Shown here: piece by piece, positions 38,371 to 47,662 of the stretch
Layout: each line of letters begins with the position of its first letter
How positions within the stretch are numbered: position 1 is the first letter of the stretch
From: Thermoplasmata archaeon
Lineage (GTDB): Archaea > Thermoplasmatota > Thermoplasmata > Lutacidiplasmatales > UBA184
Length of the DNA stretch: 53,127 bases
Direction: 5' to 3'
NCBI GenBank assembly: GCA_041476045.1
Contig: JBGOSQ010000003.1
Span: 1 to 53,127, forward strand
Notes under the pieces: generated by a model
What the model was told of the DNA's origin: nothing
What the model saw: only the letters and a program-made list of their open reading frames with translations
The model's database searches: none
Made by a program: the position numbers and the translations under genes

Positions 38371-38484
38371 GCCGAGCGCGAGGGTAGAGGCCGCTTAACC
38401 GTGGTGCCCGACGGAAGGGAACGGCCGACCTCGACCGGGGACCCGCGCCGGGATGGGGATATAGGGCTTGAGCCTCGCGCGAGC

Positions 38485-38916
38485 GTGCCGGAGCGAGCGT
38501 CGCCCAGCCGAAAGTCCCCCGACGGGGAAGCGGAGGCACGGACCGAGCGACGCGTCCGGGCGCTCGAGAACCCGCTCGATGTCCGTCCGCGCCCGGACCC
38601 CCGCTTCGTCCGTCTGGAGGTTCGCAACCCGGCCCACGGGACCCGCTACGACGTGCTCCTGCCATCGTTCCCCGATCGCGAGGGCGGCTTCTGCACGTGC
38701 ACCGACTTCGCGCGCCGTGGGATCGGGACGTGCAAGCACCTCGAGTCCGCCTGGCTCTGGGCTGCGGAGCACCCGGAAGGCCCCGGACCTACCCCGAAGG
38801 AGGCGTCGCACGCCGCCGACTGGGCCGAGATCGATCGCCGTCTCCGTGCCCAGGGAAGGAGCCGTGCCCTCGACCCGATACGCTACCGGCTCGCGGGATC
38901 GGCCCTGTTCGAATAG
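38485..38916 (+). CDS. Stand-alone SWIM zinc-finger protein
   Basis: FCTCTDF-x6-TCKH; GTG 38485 with GATATAG about 25 nt upstream. Confidence 0.8.
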   Translation: MPERASPSRKSPDGEAEARTERRVRALENPLDVRPRPDPRFVRLEVRNPAHGTRYDVLLPSFPDREGGFCTCTDFARRGIGTCKHLESAWLWAAEHPEGPGPTPKEASHAADWAEIDRRLRAQGRSRALDPIRYRLAGSALFE

Positions 38917-39018
38917 GCGAGCGACGGCCTCAGCCCTGAGTGAAACGCCAAGAAAACAGCTCGCCGCGCCCATTCGGGCGGGGGAAAAGGTTCGAGCGGA
39001 TCCGTCGGTGGGGTCGTC

Positions 39019-40728
39019 CTAGGTGGACATCCCGGGCGCGCCCTTGAGGGCCCGGATTTTGTAGTACTCCGGGTCCACGATGACCTCGCCGTTGATCCCC
39101 ATCGTCTCGATGGTCTTGAGCGTCTTCCCCGCGCCCGCCTTCGCCGCCTGCCAGTCCGGGATCGGGATCGAGAACTTCTTCTCGACCTCGGTCCGGTAGA
39201 TGGGACCGGAGTTGTACGAGCAGAACGGAATGATCCGTCCGTCGGGCACCGAGTAGTGGATATCGCAGCGCATCAGGCGCTGGATATCGTAGTCGTACGC
39301 GTCCTGGAAGTGCATGTTGCCGATGTAGAGCGTCCTCCAGGTGAACTTCGCGAGCGCCTCCTTGTTCCCCTCGGTGAAGATCCCCGCGATCAGGCGCGCA
39401 CAGTCCTTCTCCTTGAGGCCCTCCGGGGCCTTCGTGAAGTCGAAGAACTTCGACACGTCGTGGAGCAGCGCGGCCCCGGCGACCATCGAGCGCACGCGAG
39501 CGAACCGGGCGTCCCGGTACTTCTCGATCATCCCTTCGACGCTCTCGAAGAAGCCGTCGACGTCCATGAACCGCGGGAGGGCGGTGATCTTGGAGCCGTC
39601 CTTCGAGACGAAGGCGAACGTCGCGCACCCGCAGCCGGGGTGGGTCGTCAGGGTCATCTTCTCCTCGCCGTGGATGATCGAGACGAGCTCCGAGATCGGG
39701 GCGATCGACGGGACGGGGAAGAAGTCCGACTTCTCGAACGGTCCGTCGGTGCAGAGGATCCGCACCAGGTCCGACTGGGTGAACCGCATTTGGAAGCGGT
39801 CCTTGTCGGGGATACGGGCCGTCAGTGCGACCGGCTGGAAGTTGACGCCGCGGACGACGTCCAGGTTGTCGATCGCGTACTTGACGGTCGGCCAGATCTC
39901 CTTCTCGTTGAACCCGCCGACGAGCGTCGGGACGAGAACGACGGAAAGGGGCTTGTCCGGCTTACCCGCCGCGCGCTCGGCCGCCGAGGTGTGGGTCTCG
40001 CGTGCGGCCTGGATGGCCTTCGTCTTGACCTTGAAGAGGGGCACGCCGCGCACCTTTCGGTAGATCTCGTCGTCGAGGCCGTCGAACTGCAGGTAGAGCG
40101 TGTGCAGGCCCGAGTCCCGCGACGCCTGGGCGAAGCCGGGTTCGTTGGCCATCCGGATGCCGTTCGTGGCGACCTGGATCTGCTTGAAGCCGAGATCGCG
40201 TGCCATCGAGCACGCGTCCAGGAACAGCGGTGAGAGCGTCGGCTCGCCGCCCGAGAACTGGACCGCCACGGCGCCGACCGGCTTCTGCTCACGGAGCGTC
40301 TTGAGCATGAAGTGGATCTGCTCGCGGGTCGGCTCGTAGACGTACCCCGCCGCGTTCGCGTTCGCGAAGCAGACCGGGCACTTCAGGTTGCAGCGGTTGG
40401 TCAGGTCCATCAGGGCGAGACCCGTGTGCGACTTGTGGTGACTGCACATCCCGCACGTGGTCGGGCAGCCCTTGAACTTGTCATAGTAGGGGTTCTCGTA
40501 GCCGACCCCGTCGTGGGCGTAGACCTCCATCCGGAGGTAGAGATCGACATCGTTCGAAATGATGTCCCAGAAGTAGCCGTGCACGCGGCACGTCTTCTCC
40601 ATGATGACGCGGTTGTCCTTCTCCCGAACGACCGCTGGGATCACCTTGATACACTCCGGGCAGACGGACGCCGTCTTCCGCGGAAGGCCCCTCGGGGCCT
40701 GGAACTCCTTCATTACCCTCGCCGGCAT
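39019..40728 (-). CDS. tes: Tetraether lipid synthase (Tes/GDGT-MAS radical SAM); start 40728 or 40782
   Basis: SVCPEC...KTCRVHG, GCPTTCGMCSHH, TNRCNLKCPVCFANA, YLQFDG, HPGCG, MHFQDAY...RCDIHY...IPFCSYN. Confidence 0.9.
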   Translation of the reverse strand: MPARVMKEFQAPRGLPRKTASVCPECIKVIPAVVREKDNRVIMEKTCRVHGYFWDIISNDVDLYLRMEVYAHDGVGYENPYYDKFKGCPTTCGMCSHHKSHTGLALMDLTNRCNLKCPVCFANANAAGYVYEPTREQIHFMLKTLREQKPVGAVAVQFSGGEPTLSPLFLDACSMARDLGFKQIQVATNGIRMANEPGFAQASRDSGLHTLYLQFDGLDDEIYRKVRGVPLFKVKTKAIQAARETHTSAAERAAGKPDKPLSVVLVPTLVGGFNEKEIWPTVKYAIDNLDVVRGVNFQPVALTARIPDKDRFQMRFTQSDLVRILCTDGPFEKSDFFPVPSIAPISELVSIIHGEEKMTLTTHPGCGCATFAFVSKDGSKITALPRFMDVDGFFESVEGMIEKYRDARFARVRSMVAGAALLHDVSKFFDFTKAPEGLKEKDCARLIAGIFTEGNKEALAKFTWRTLYIGNMHFQDAYDYDIQRLMRCDIHYSVPDGRIIPFCSYNSGPIYRTEVEKKFSIPIPDWQAAKAGAGKTLKTIETMGINGEVIVDPEYYKIRALKGAPGMST

Positions 40729-40937
40729 CTCGTGTTGCTCCTGCTTGGGCCCGTTCTTGCGAACCTGGCCTATCCCGCCCACCCTCTCCGGCCTACATTA
40801 ACCATCTGTCGTGAACGTGACTACAATTGCTACGTTCCGTGAGGGAGTTTCGCACGGTCTCCATCGCTACAACCACACGACTCGGGCCGTCGGGGGTCTC
40901 GCGGGCGTTAAGTCGCAGCAGGCGTACGCCCCCTCGC

Positions 40938-41522
40938 ATGGCGCGCAAGGGTCGACGCACGGGAACCGCTCGTTCCTCTACCGCGAGTGCGACAAAGCGA
41001 CGGAGTGCTCGCCCGAAGCCGGCCGCTCGGCGGGGCTTCGTCGGCCGCGAGAGCTCGCCCGTGCTCGATCGCTACCCGGCCAAGGGGACCGCGACGCCGC
41101 CGGCGGTCGTCGCTCCTCCGCGCCCGACCCCGGTCTCCCCTACCCTGCCGCCGGCCGCACGGGCCCCGACGTCGCCGAACGCGGTCGCAACCCCGTCCCC
41201 CGCTCCGACCCCGATGGGGCTCATCTCGCTGGACAAGCCGTTCGATGTCGACGAGTTCTCGCAGAGCCTGGGGGAGACCCAGGTGCGCGTGCTCGTCCCG
41301 CGCGAGGACCTTGCCGAGGTCCTGCGCCGCGTGATGGACTTCATGGGGTTCGGCATCTACGTGTACTCCGTCCGGATCGCACCGGAGAACTCGGACACGC
41401 TGCGCCGGTTCGTCGTCGAGCTCCAGCGCGTCGACTACTCGACCGCCCGCCGGATGTGGGTGCCGTTCGAGGACAAGGGCCGGGTCGACTCTCCGTTCGG
41501 CCCCGGCGGCAGCCCGGCATAG
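40938..41522 (+). CDS. Hypothetical protein: basic/Pro-rich N-terminus, compact C-terminal alpha/beta domain
   Basis: GTTAAG about 27 nt upstream of the ATG; typical codon bias in the 3' half. Confidence 0.7.
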   Translation: MARKGRRTGTARSSTASATKRRSARPKPAARRGFVGRESSPVLDRYPAKGTATPPAVVAPPRPTPVSPTLPPAARAPTSPNAVATPSPAPTPMGLISLDKPFDVDEFSQSLGETQVRVLVPREDLAEVLRRVMDFMGFGIYVYSVRIAPENSDTLRRFVVELQRVDYSTARRMWVPFEDKGRVDSPFGPGGSPA

Positions 41523-41576
41523 GCGTCAACGCCCCGGTCCGGTCGAATTAAAGAGGCCCGCCGCCGTCGGCCGTCC

Positions 41577-41798
41577 ATGGCAGAGGCGTCCGGACGATCG
41601 GTCGTGGAAGCGGAGGTGCGCGCCCTCCGGCAGGAGGTCGCGGAGCTCCGCGACGAGCAGAAGGCGATGACGCACGCGATCGAGGAGATGACCCGGACGT
41701 TCCGGTCGATCGCGGTCCACCTCGGGATCGCGAGCGAGCCGTACAAGAAGGCCCCTACCGGGTCGTCGCGCGACCGCGACCTCCCCGGGTTCGCCTAA
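41577..41798 (+). CDS. Small coiled-coil protein
   Basis: Heptads EVRALRQEVAELRDEQ; AATTAAAG at about 41546. Confidence 0.72.
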   Translation: MAEASGRSVVEAEVRALRQEVAELRDEQKAMTHAIEEMTRTFRSIAVHLGIASEPYKKAPTGSSRDRDLPGFA

Positions 41799-41872
41799 CC
41801 CGCTCTCCGCAGCCGGGCGAAAGGTTAACGCCCGGTCCCCCGTCGCCGCCGCCGGACGCGAAGGGACCTCTC

Positions 41873-43666
41873 ATGACGATCCGCTACTCCGTGACGGGCG
41901 ACCACGCGAACGAGCTCCGGGTCCCCGTCACGGGAGAGGTCGACGGCCTCACGGGCCCGACGTTCGATCTCGTCCTGCCGTCGTGGGTCCCCGGGTCCTA
42001 CGTCGTGCTGAACTACGCGCGCGATCTCGATGGAATGACCGCGCGCCTCCCCTCCGACGGCCGCCCGGTCCGCGTGGAGCGCATCGACAAGGCCCGGTGG
42101 CGCGTCGCGACGGAGGGTTCCGGGTCCGTCGAGGTGCAGTTCTCGGTCTACGGCCATCACATGGTGACCGAGGGGGTCGATGTCTCGGCCGACCACCTCT
42201 TCGTCAATGCGGCCCTCTGCCTCCCGTACGTCGAGGGACGCAAGGACGAGGCCTACGAGGTCGCGATCCGCGTCCCGCCGGACTGGAAGATCTATACCGA
42301 GCTCGCCGAGGTCGGAACGTCGCCGCCCCGGTTCCGCGCCCGCGATTACGACGAGCTCGTGGACTCCCCGATCGACTGCGGACATCCCGTCGACCTGGGC
42401 TTCGTCGCCGCTGGCGTGCCGCATCGGATCCTCCTGTGCGGCCATGGGGGGAACTACGAGGCCCATCGGCTCGAAGAGGACCTGCGCAAGATCGCCGAGG
42501 CGCAGATCCGCCTCTTCGGCGAATCCCCGATCCGGCACTACACGTTCTTCGTCCACCTCAACGACGTGAGCGACGGCGCCCTCGAGCACGCGAACTCCAA
42601 CTCGGCGGTCCAACCGAGGACCACCTTCCGACCGCGCTCGGAGTACCTCAAGTTCGTCGCCGTCGCGAGCCACGAGTACTTCCATCTCTACAATGTCAAG
42701 CGCATCCGGCCCAAGGCCCTCATCCCGTTCGACTACACGCGGGAGGTCTACACGAAGCTCCTCTGGGCGATGGAGGGGACCACGGACTACTACGCCTACG
42801 TGATGATGCGGCGGGCGGGCGTCACCTCGCCGGAGAAGTTCCTGGAGAAGATGGCGGAAGAGGCGCACCGCTTCCTCGCGATGCCCGGTCGCCTCGCCAA
42901 GTCCCTCGAGGAAGGCTCCTTCCTCGCGTGGATCGATTTCTACCGACCGTCGGAGGAGTTCCGGAACCGTTCGGTCTCGTACTATCTCAAAGGCCTACTC
43001 GTGTCGCTCTGCTTGGACCTCGAGATCCGGGGCCGCACCGAGAACCGCGCCTCGCTCGACACCGTGATGCAGGCGCTCTGGACGCGGTTCGGCCGGCCGG
43101 GCCGTGGGATCGGTGAGGAGGAGTTTCTGCCGGTCGCTTCCGAGGCCGCGGGGATCGACCTCGCCCCGTTCTTCGCCAAGTACATCTCCGGCGTCGAGGA
43201 GATCGATTTCGATCAGTTCGCGCGGCACGCGGGCCTTTCCTTCGGCCCCAAGCCCGCCAAGGTCGAGCCGGAGGAGGACGGCGAGCCGGGCTGGCTCGGC
43301 GTCGAGTACGAGAACCGGGAAGGGCTCACGCGCCTCACGGTCGTGCTCGACGGCGGACCCGGACGCCGCGCTGGGCTTTCCCCGGGCGATGAGATCGTCG
43401 CCGTCGATCGCGTCAAGGTCAACCACGAGCAGTTCGCGCGCGCGCTCCTGCGGGCGCCCGCGGGGACCACCCTCGACCTCGCGCTCTTCCGGCGCGGCTG
43501 GCTCCTCCACGTCCCGGTAACGACCGGCGCCTCCCCTCCCGAGAAGCACCAGTTCCTGCCGCGCGAGGACGCGACGCCGGCGCAGAAGGCGCTCTACGAG
43601 AGCTGGGTGGGCGCGAAGTGGACCCCGCCCGCCAAGCACAGCGACGCCGAGAAGCCGTCGGCCTGA
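41873..43666 (+). CDS. M61 glycyl aminopeptidase with PDZ domain
   Basis: PSWVPGSY, ELVDSPI, GALEH, SHEYFHLYNVKRIRP, EGTTDYY, SYYLKG, AGLSPGDEIVAVD. Confidence 0.95.
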   Translation: MTIRYSVTGDHANELRVPVTGEVDGLTGPTFDLVLPSWVPGSYVVLNYARDLDGMTARLPSDGRPVRVERIDKARWRVATEGSGSVEVQFSVYGHHMVTEGVDVSADHLFVNAALCLPYVEGRKDEAYEVAIRVPPDWKIYTELAEVGTSPPRFRARDYDELVDSPIDCGHPVDLGFVAAGVPHRILLCGHGGNYEAHRLEEDLRKIAEAQIRLFGESPIRHYTFFVHLNDVSDGALEHANSNSAVQPRTTFRPRSEYLKFVAVASHEYFHLYNVKRIRPKALIPFDYTREVYTKLLWAMEGTTDYYAYVMMRRAGVTSPEKFLEKMAEEAHRFLAMPGRLAKSLEEGSFLAWIDFYRPSEEFRNRSVSYYLKGLLVSLCLDLEIRGRTENRASLDTVMQALWTRFGRPGRGIGEEEFLPVASEAAGIDLAPFFAKYISGVEEIDFDQFARHAGLSFGPKPAKVEPEEDGEPGWLGVEYENREGLTRLTVVLDGGPGRRAGLSPGDEIVAVDRVKVNHEQFARALLRAPAGTTLDLALFRRGWLLHVPVTTGASPPEKHQFLPREDATPAQKALYESWVGAKWTPPAKHSDAEKPSA

Positions 43667-43674
43667 TCGTCGCG

Positions 43675-44958
43675 CTACGACGATGCCACTGGGACCGCCT
43701 TGAGCCCGTACCGCCACGCCCCTTCCATCGGGTAGAGCCGGCGCAGGGTCGTCGTGATCCGGGTTCCGACCGCGAGAGGCTCGGGCGCGTGGTCCGTGAC
43801 CTGGAACGTCGCGCGCACGTTCGGGACCATCTCGGCCAGCACCACCCCGTAGGCGCCCCCGGCGGCGACAATCGGGTCGAACTCGGTCGGGTGCGCGCCC
43901 GGCGCGACGAGCGTCGCCGCCAGGACCGTTCCCGCTCGGGGAAGCGCTTCGGGCGTCAGCGCGTCGGTGCGGCCACAGTTCCGACACCGTCCGCGGACCG
44001 GGAACGTGAGCGCTCCACAGGTCCCGCACTTCTCCGCGATGAGCCTCCATCGGCTCGGAAGGTTCTCGAGGTACCGGGCCTGCGAGACGTAGGCGCCCTC
44101 GGAGACCGCGCCGAGCGCGTCCTCGGGGACCCGACCGGGACGTACGCCGGAGGTCGACGTAACGGTGCCCGCATCAAGGATCTCCACGGACCCCGTGCGG
44201 CGGAATCCCAGGAATTGGGTCTCGTCCGAGGCCACCCGCGCTACTACCGTCCATTCCCCGCCGTCGGTCCGCCCCGCGGCGTCCGCGATCCAGTGGGCGG
44301 CGGCGAGGGATCGGCCGGGGCCGAACCCCGGCGGCGCGACCGGGCCGGGAACGACGCTCATTCCGGCCTGGGCGCGCTTCCAGAAGGCGAGGAGAACCGG
44401 TGGGGCCGCCTCGGCGACGAAGTAGAGAGTGCCGACGGCGCCGGAGGGGGGCAGGCCCGTGAGTCGGGCCGCGTCGCCGATCCACCCGTTCGCGTCCGGA
44501 ACCCGGTGCGGGGGGTGACGGCGACCTCCGTGCCCGGTCGGAGCGAGTCCCGGCGCATCGCGCAGCTCGAATACGATGGCCCCGGCGCCCATCGCGGCCC
44601 GATCCTCCGCGGCCGAACGCGCTACCTCGGCGATGAGGACGAGCGACGCGCCCGGCCCCTCGGCGCGGCTCGCCGATCGGAACGCCGCGCCGAGGCCGGA
44701 GAGGCCGGGGTCATGCCGCTCGACGGCGACGTGCGGTGCGTCCAGCGCCTCGGGTAGACCCGCGTCGGCCTCGGTGGGGAACTCCCCGACGAGGTGCAGT
44801 CCGTCGATACGATCGTGGCTCGCCGTCGCGCGGGTCCCGAGAAGTTCTGCCGCGGCGACCGCGAGCGTGAACGTATCCTCATCCGGCCCTTCGGCCGATA
44901 GTTCGCCCATCCGGAACGACGGGCGATGGACGGCGGCCGCGACGATCGCCCGCGTCAT
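43675..44958 (-). CDS. Degenerate HMG-CoA-synthase-like domain fused to DUF35 Zn-ribbon/OB fold
   Basis: DEDTFTLAVAAA and GAGA in the N-half; GAYVS...KCGTCG...PVRGRCRNCG and OB fold in the C-half. Confidence 0.82.
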   Translation of the reverse strand: MTRAIVAAAVHRPSFRMGELSAEGPDEDTFTLAVAAAELLGTRATASHDRIDGLHLVGEFPTEADAGLPEALDAPHVAVERHDPGLSGLGAAFRSASRAEGPGASLVLIAEVARSAAEDRAAMGAGAIVFELRDAPGLAPTGHGGRRHPPHRVPDANGWIGDAARLTGLPPSGAVGTLYFVAEAAPPVLLAFWKRAQAGMSVVPGPVAPPGFGPGRSLAAAHWIADAAGRTDGGEWTVVARVASDETQFLGFRRTGSVEILDAGTVTSTSGVRPGRVPEDALGAVSEGAYVSQARYLENLPSRWRLIAEKCGTCGALTFPVRGRCRNCGRTDALTPEALPRAGTVLAATLVAPGAHPTEFDPIVAAGGAYGVVLAEMVPNVRATFQVTDHAPEPLAVGTRITTTLRRLYPMEGAWRYGLKAVPVASS

Positions 44959-44959
44959 C

Positions 44960-46126
44960 TTACGTCACCGAAAGGATCGCCACGGTGGCGCTGGCCCCCG
45001 ATCCTCCGACATTGTGACACAACGCGGACTCGGCGCCCGCGATCTGTCGGTCGCCGGCCGCGCGGCGCAGCTGCTGGAACACCTCGTAGACCTGACTCGC
45101 CCCCGTCGCGCCGATCGGATGTCCTTTTGCCTTGAGGCCACCGTCCGGGTTCACCGGCAGCGAACCGCCGATCCGCGTCGCGCCGGAGAGCGTGAGCCGC
45201 GCGGCCTCGCCCGGAGCGGCGAATCCCAGGTCCTCGAGCGCGACGAGCTCCGCGATCGTGAAGCAGTCGTGGACCTCGAGGAAGCCGATCGACTTCCGTT
45301 CGATCGCGGCGCGCCGGAACGCCTCCTCCGCGGCCCACCGGGTCGCCGCGAAGCTGGTGAGCGACGCGCGTTCTTGGAGGGCGAGGTAGTCCGACCCGGC
45401 TCCAGTGCCGGCGACGTAGACCGGGGTGTCGGTGTATCGCTTCGCCTGTTCCTCCCCGACGAGCAGGAGCGCGGCGGCCCCGTCGCTGACCGGGCAGCAA
45501 TCGTAGAGCCCGAGCGGAGCGGCGACGCGCGGAGCCGCGAGCACCTGCTCGCGGCTGATCGCCTTGCGGAACTGAGCGTTGGGGTTCCGGGTCCCGTTCT
45601 CGTGATTCTTGACCGCGACCTCGGCGAGGGCCTCGGGGGTCGTCCCGTGCTCGGTCATGTGGCGGGCCGCGACGAGCGCGTAGACGCCGGCGAAGGTGAG
45701 TCCCGCGAGCCGTTCCCACTCCGTGTCACCCGAGACGCCCAGCCAGTAGCGCCGCCGAGGGTTCGTCGTATCCGTCATCTTCTCGAGGCCGACCACGAGC
45801 ACCGCGTCGGCGTCGCCGCTCTCGATCGCGCGTACGCCGTCGCGCAGGGCGAATCCCGCCGAAGCGCACGCGTTCTCGACGTGCTTCACCGGAGCGCCGA
45901 CGATGCCGGCCTCCTCCGCGAGGACGGCCGACGCGTTGCCGATCTGCCATCCGGAGAATCCGAGCGATCCGAGGAACGCCTCGTCGACCTGCGAGCGGTC
46001 GAACCCCTTGTCGATGCTCGCGATCGCTCCGTCGACCGCGGTGCGGAGCAATGCACGAGGCCCTTCGGGGAGCACTCCGAATCGCGTGTGTCCGGCCCCC
46101 ACGACCGCCGCGCGCCGCCGAACCAC
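44960..46126 (-). CDS. Acetyl-CoA acetyltransferase (archaeal thiolase)
   Basis: VENACASAG, DCCPVSDGAAA, EVHDCF, GGLKAKGHPIGATG, HNVGG; start GTG 46126. Confidence 0.93.
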   Translation of the reverse strand: MVRRRAAVVGAGHTRFGVLPEGPRALLRTAVDGAIASIDKGFDRSQVDEAFLGSLGFSGWQIGNASAVLAEEAGIVGAPVKHVENACASAGFALRDGVRAIESGDADAVLVVGLEKMTDTTNPRRRYWLGVSGDTEWERLAGLTFAGVYALVAARHMTEHGTTPEALAEVAVKNHENGTRNPNAQFRKAISREQVLAAPRVAAPLGLYDCCPVSDGAAALLLVGEEQAKRYTDTPVYVAGTGAGSDYLALQERASLTSFAATRWAAEEAFRRAAIERKSIGFLEVHDCFTIAELVALEDLGFAAPGEAARLTLSGATRIGGSLPVNPDGGLKAKGHPIGATGASQVYEVFQQLRRAAGDRQIAGAESALCHNVGGSGASATVAILSVT

Positions 46127-46191
46127 CGATGGGCCCCCGAAGCCTCTTATCACGGGGACCGTTGGGCTCCATAAAAGGGCGAGGTAGAGCA

Positions 46192-46767
46192 CTGTCCGAG
46201 GAACCCCCCATCGTCGTCGGCGTCACCGGGGCGAGCGGGGCGCCCATCGCGCTTCGGACGCTCCGCGCGCTCCACGAGGCGGGCATCCCGGTGGCCCTGA
46301 TCGTCTCCGACGGGGCCGTACCGGTCCTCCAGGAAGAGTGCGGGATCACGCCCTCGGCCCTCGCACCGTTCGCGCGCGATGTCTATGACGATCACGATCT
46401 CGCGAGCCCGATCGCGAGCGGTTCGCGCCGCACGCGCGCGATGGCAATCGTTCCCTGTTCTTCCAACACGCTCGCGAAGGTCGCGCTCGGGCTCGCCGAC
46501 ACGCTCCTGACGCGGGCGGCGGCCGTGCACCTCAAGGAGCGCCGGCCCCTCGTCCTCGTGCCGCGCGAGACGCCGCTCGCGACCATCGCGCTGCGTCACA
46601 TGACCTCGCTCTCGGAGATGGGCGTGGTGATCCTGCCGGCATCGGGACCGTACTACACGCACCCTCGGTCCGTCGACGACATCACCGACTTCCTCGCCGG
46701 AAAGGTGCTCGACGCCCTGGGGGTCCCGCACCATCTCTACCGAGGATGGAAGGAGGGGACCGGGTAG
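46192..46767 (+). CDS. ubiX: Flavin prenyltransferase UbiX (probable CTG start)
   Basis: GVTGASG, IASGS, PCSSNTLAK, LKERRPLVLVPRETP. Confidence 0.94.
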   Translation: MSEEPPIVVGVTGASGAPIALRTLRALHEAGIPVALIVSDGAVPVLQEECGITPSALAPFARDVYDDHDLASPIASGSRRTRAMAIVPCSSNTLAKVALGLADTLLTRAAAVHLKERRPLVLVPRETPLATIALRHMTSLSEMGVVILPASGPYYTHPRSVDDITDFLAGKVLDALGVPHHLYRGWKEGTG

Positions 46768-46769
46768 CC

Positions 46770-47318
46770 ATGGACCGCGAGGGGTGGGCGCGGTTCTTCC
46801 CGCTGCCGTTCGTGGGGGTCGCCGTCCTGCTCGTCCTCCTCATCTTCCTGACGCCGAACCTCTTGCTCGGCGGTGGACCCGCGGCGGGGAGCCTCGCGAC
46901 GCAGGCCGAGCTCACCATCGATCGGCCGTCGGACGCCAACGTCACCCACTTCTACGTCAACGGTCTGGGGACGGTCCGGTACACGGAGATCCGCGCGATG
47001 ATCTGCACGAATCTGACGTGGCCGGCCCCCGCGTCGCTCGCGAACCTCTCCTGGGCCAACGCGACCTGGGGGCACGGCGTCCTCGCCGCGGTCTTCTCCT
47101 CGACGGCGAACCCGATCGCCATCAACGTGACGGCGACCTACGTGGACGCCTCGGGCTCGGCCGTCGAGTTCTACGCGATCTACGAGTTCTACGTCGGGGC
47201 CGACACCCTCGAGGGGACCGCGCTCGCCCCGGGCCTCTCGAACGTCCCGCCGACGCCGCTCGCCTCGCTACCGCTCACGCTCCTGCTCGCCTCGACGACC
47301 CCGGGGGCCGTTCCGTGA
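46770..47318 (+). CDS. Membrane-anchored exported protein with several N-x-S/T sequons
   Basis: N-terminal TM; NVT, NLT, NLS, NAT. Confidence 0.75.
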   Translation: MDREGWARFFPLPFVGVAVLLVLLIFLTPNLLLGGGPAAGSLATQAELTIDRPSDANVTHFYVNGLGTVRYTEIRAMICTNLTWPAPASLANLSWANATWGHGVLAAVFSSTANPIAINVTATYVDASGSAVEFYAIYEFYVGADTLEGTALAPGLSNVPPTPLASLPLTLLLASTTPGAVP

Positions 47319-47662
47319 AGGCGAGCCGCGCGATCGTCTTCTGGGTCGCCGTGATCGCGCTCCTCCTGTTCGTCGAGGTCGCCGAGATCACGCACCTGTT
47401 CACCCTCCCGGTCCAGTCCGCCGTCGGCAACCTGGTCTCCTTCGTCTTCGCGCTCGTCTTCACCACGATCCTCGCGCTCATCGGAGCGATCTTCATCGGG
47501 ATCTACATCTCGCACCGCTTCCTCGCGCCGGGCGGGTTCACGCCGTTCGAGGAGGAGATGCTCCGCATGCGTTCGGACGTCGCGCGCCTCCGCGAGGACG
47601 TCGAGACGCTCAAGGGATCGATCGGCCCGGTCGCGATGGAGCCGAAGGACAGGCGCCCGTGA
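47315..47662 (+). CDS. 2-TM membrane protein with C-terminal coiled coil
   Basis: GTGA overlaps on both sides; GIYISHR...FTPFEEEMLRMR. Confidence 0.78.
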   Translation: MKASRAIVFWVAVIALLLFVEVAEITHLFTLPVQSAVGNLVSFVFALVFTTILALIGAIFIGIYISHRFLAPGGFTPFEEEMLRMRSDVARLREDVETLKGSIGPVAMEPKDRRP

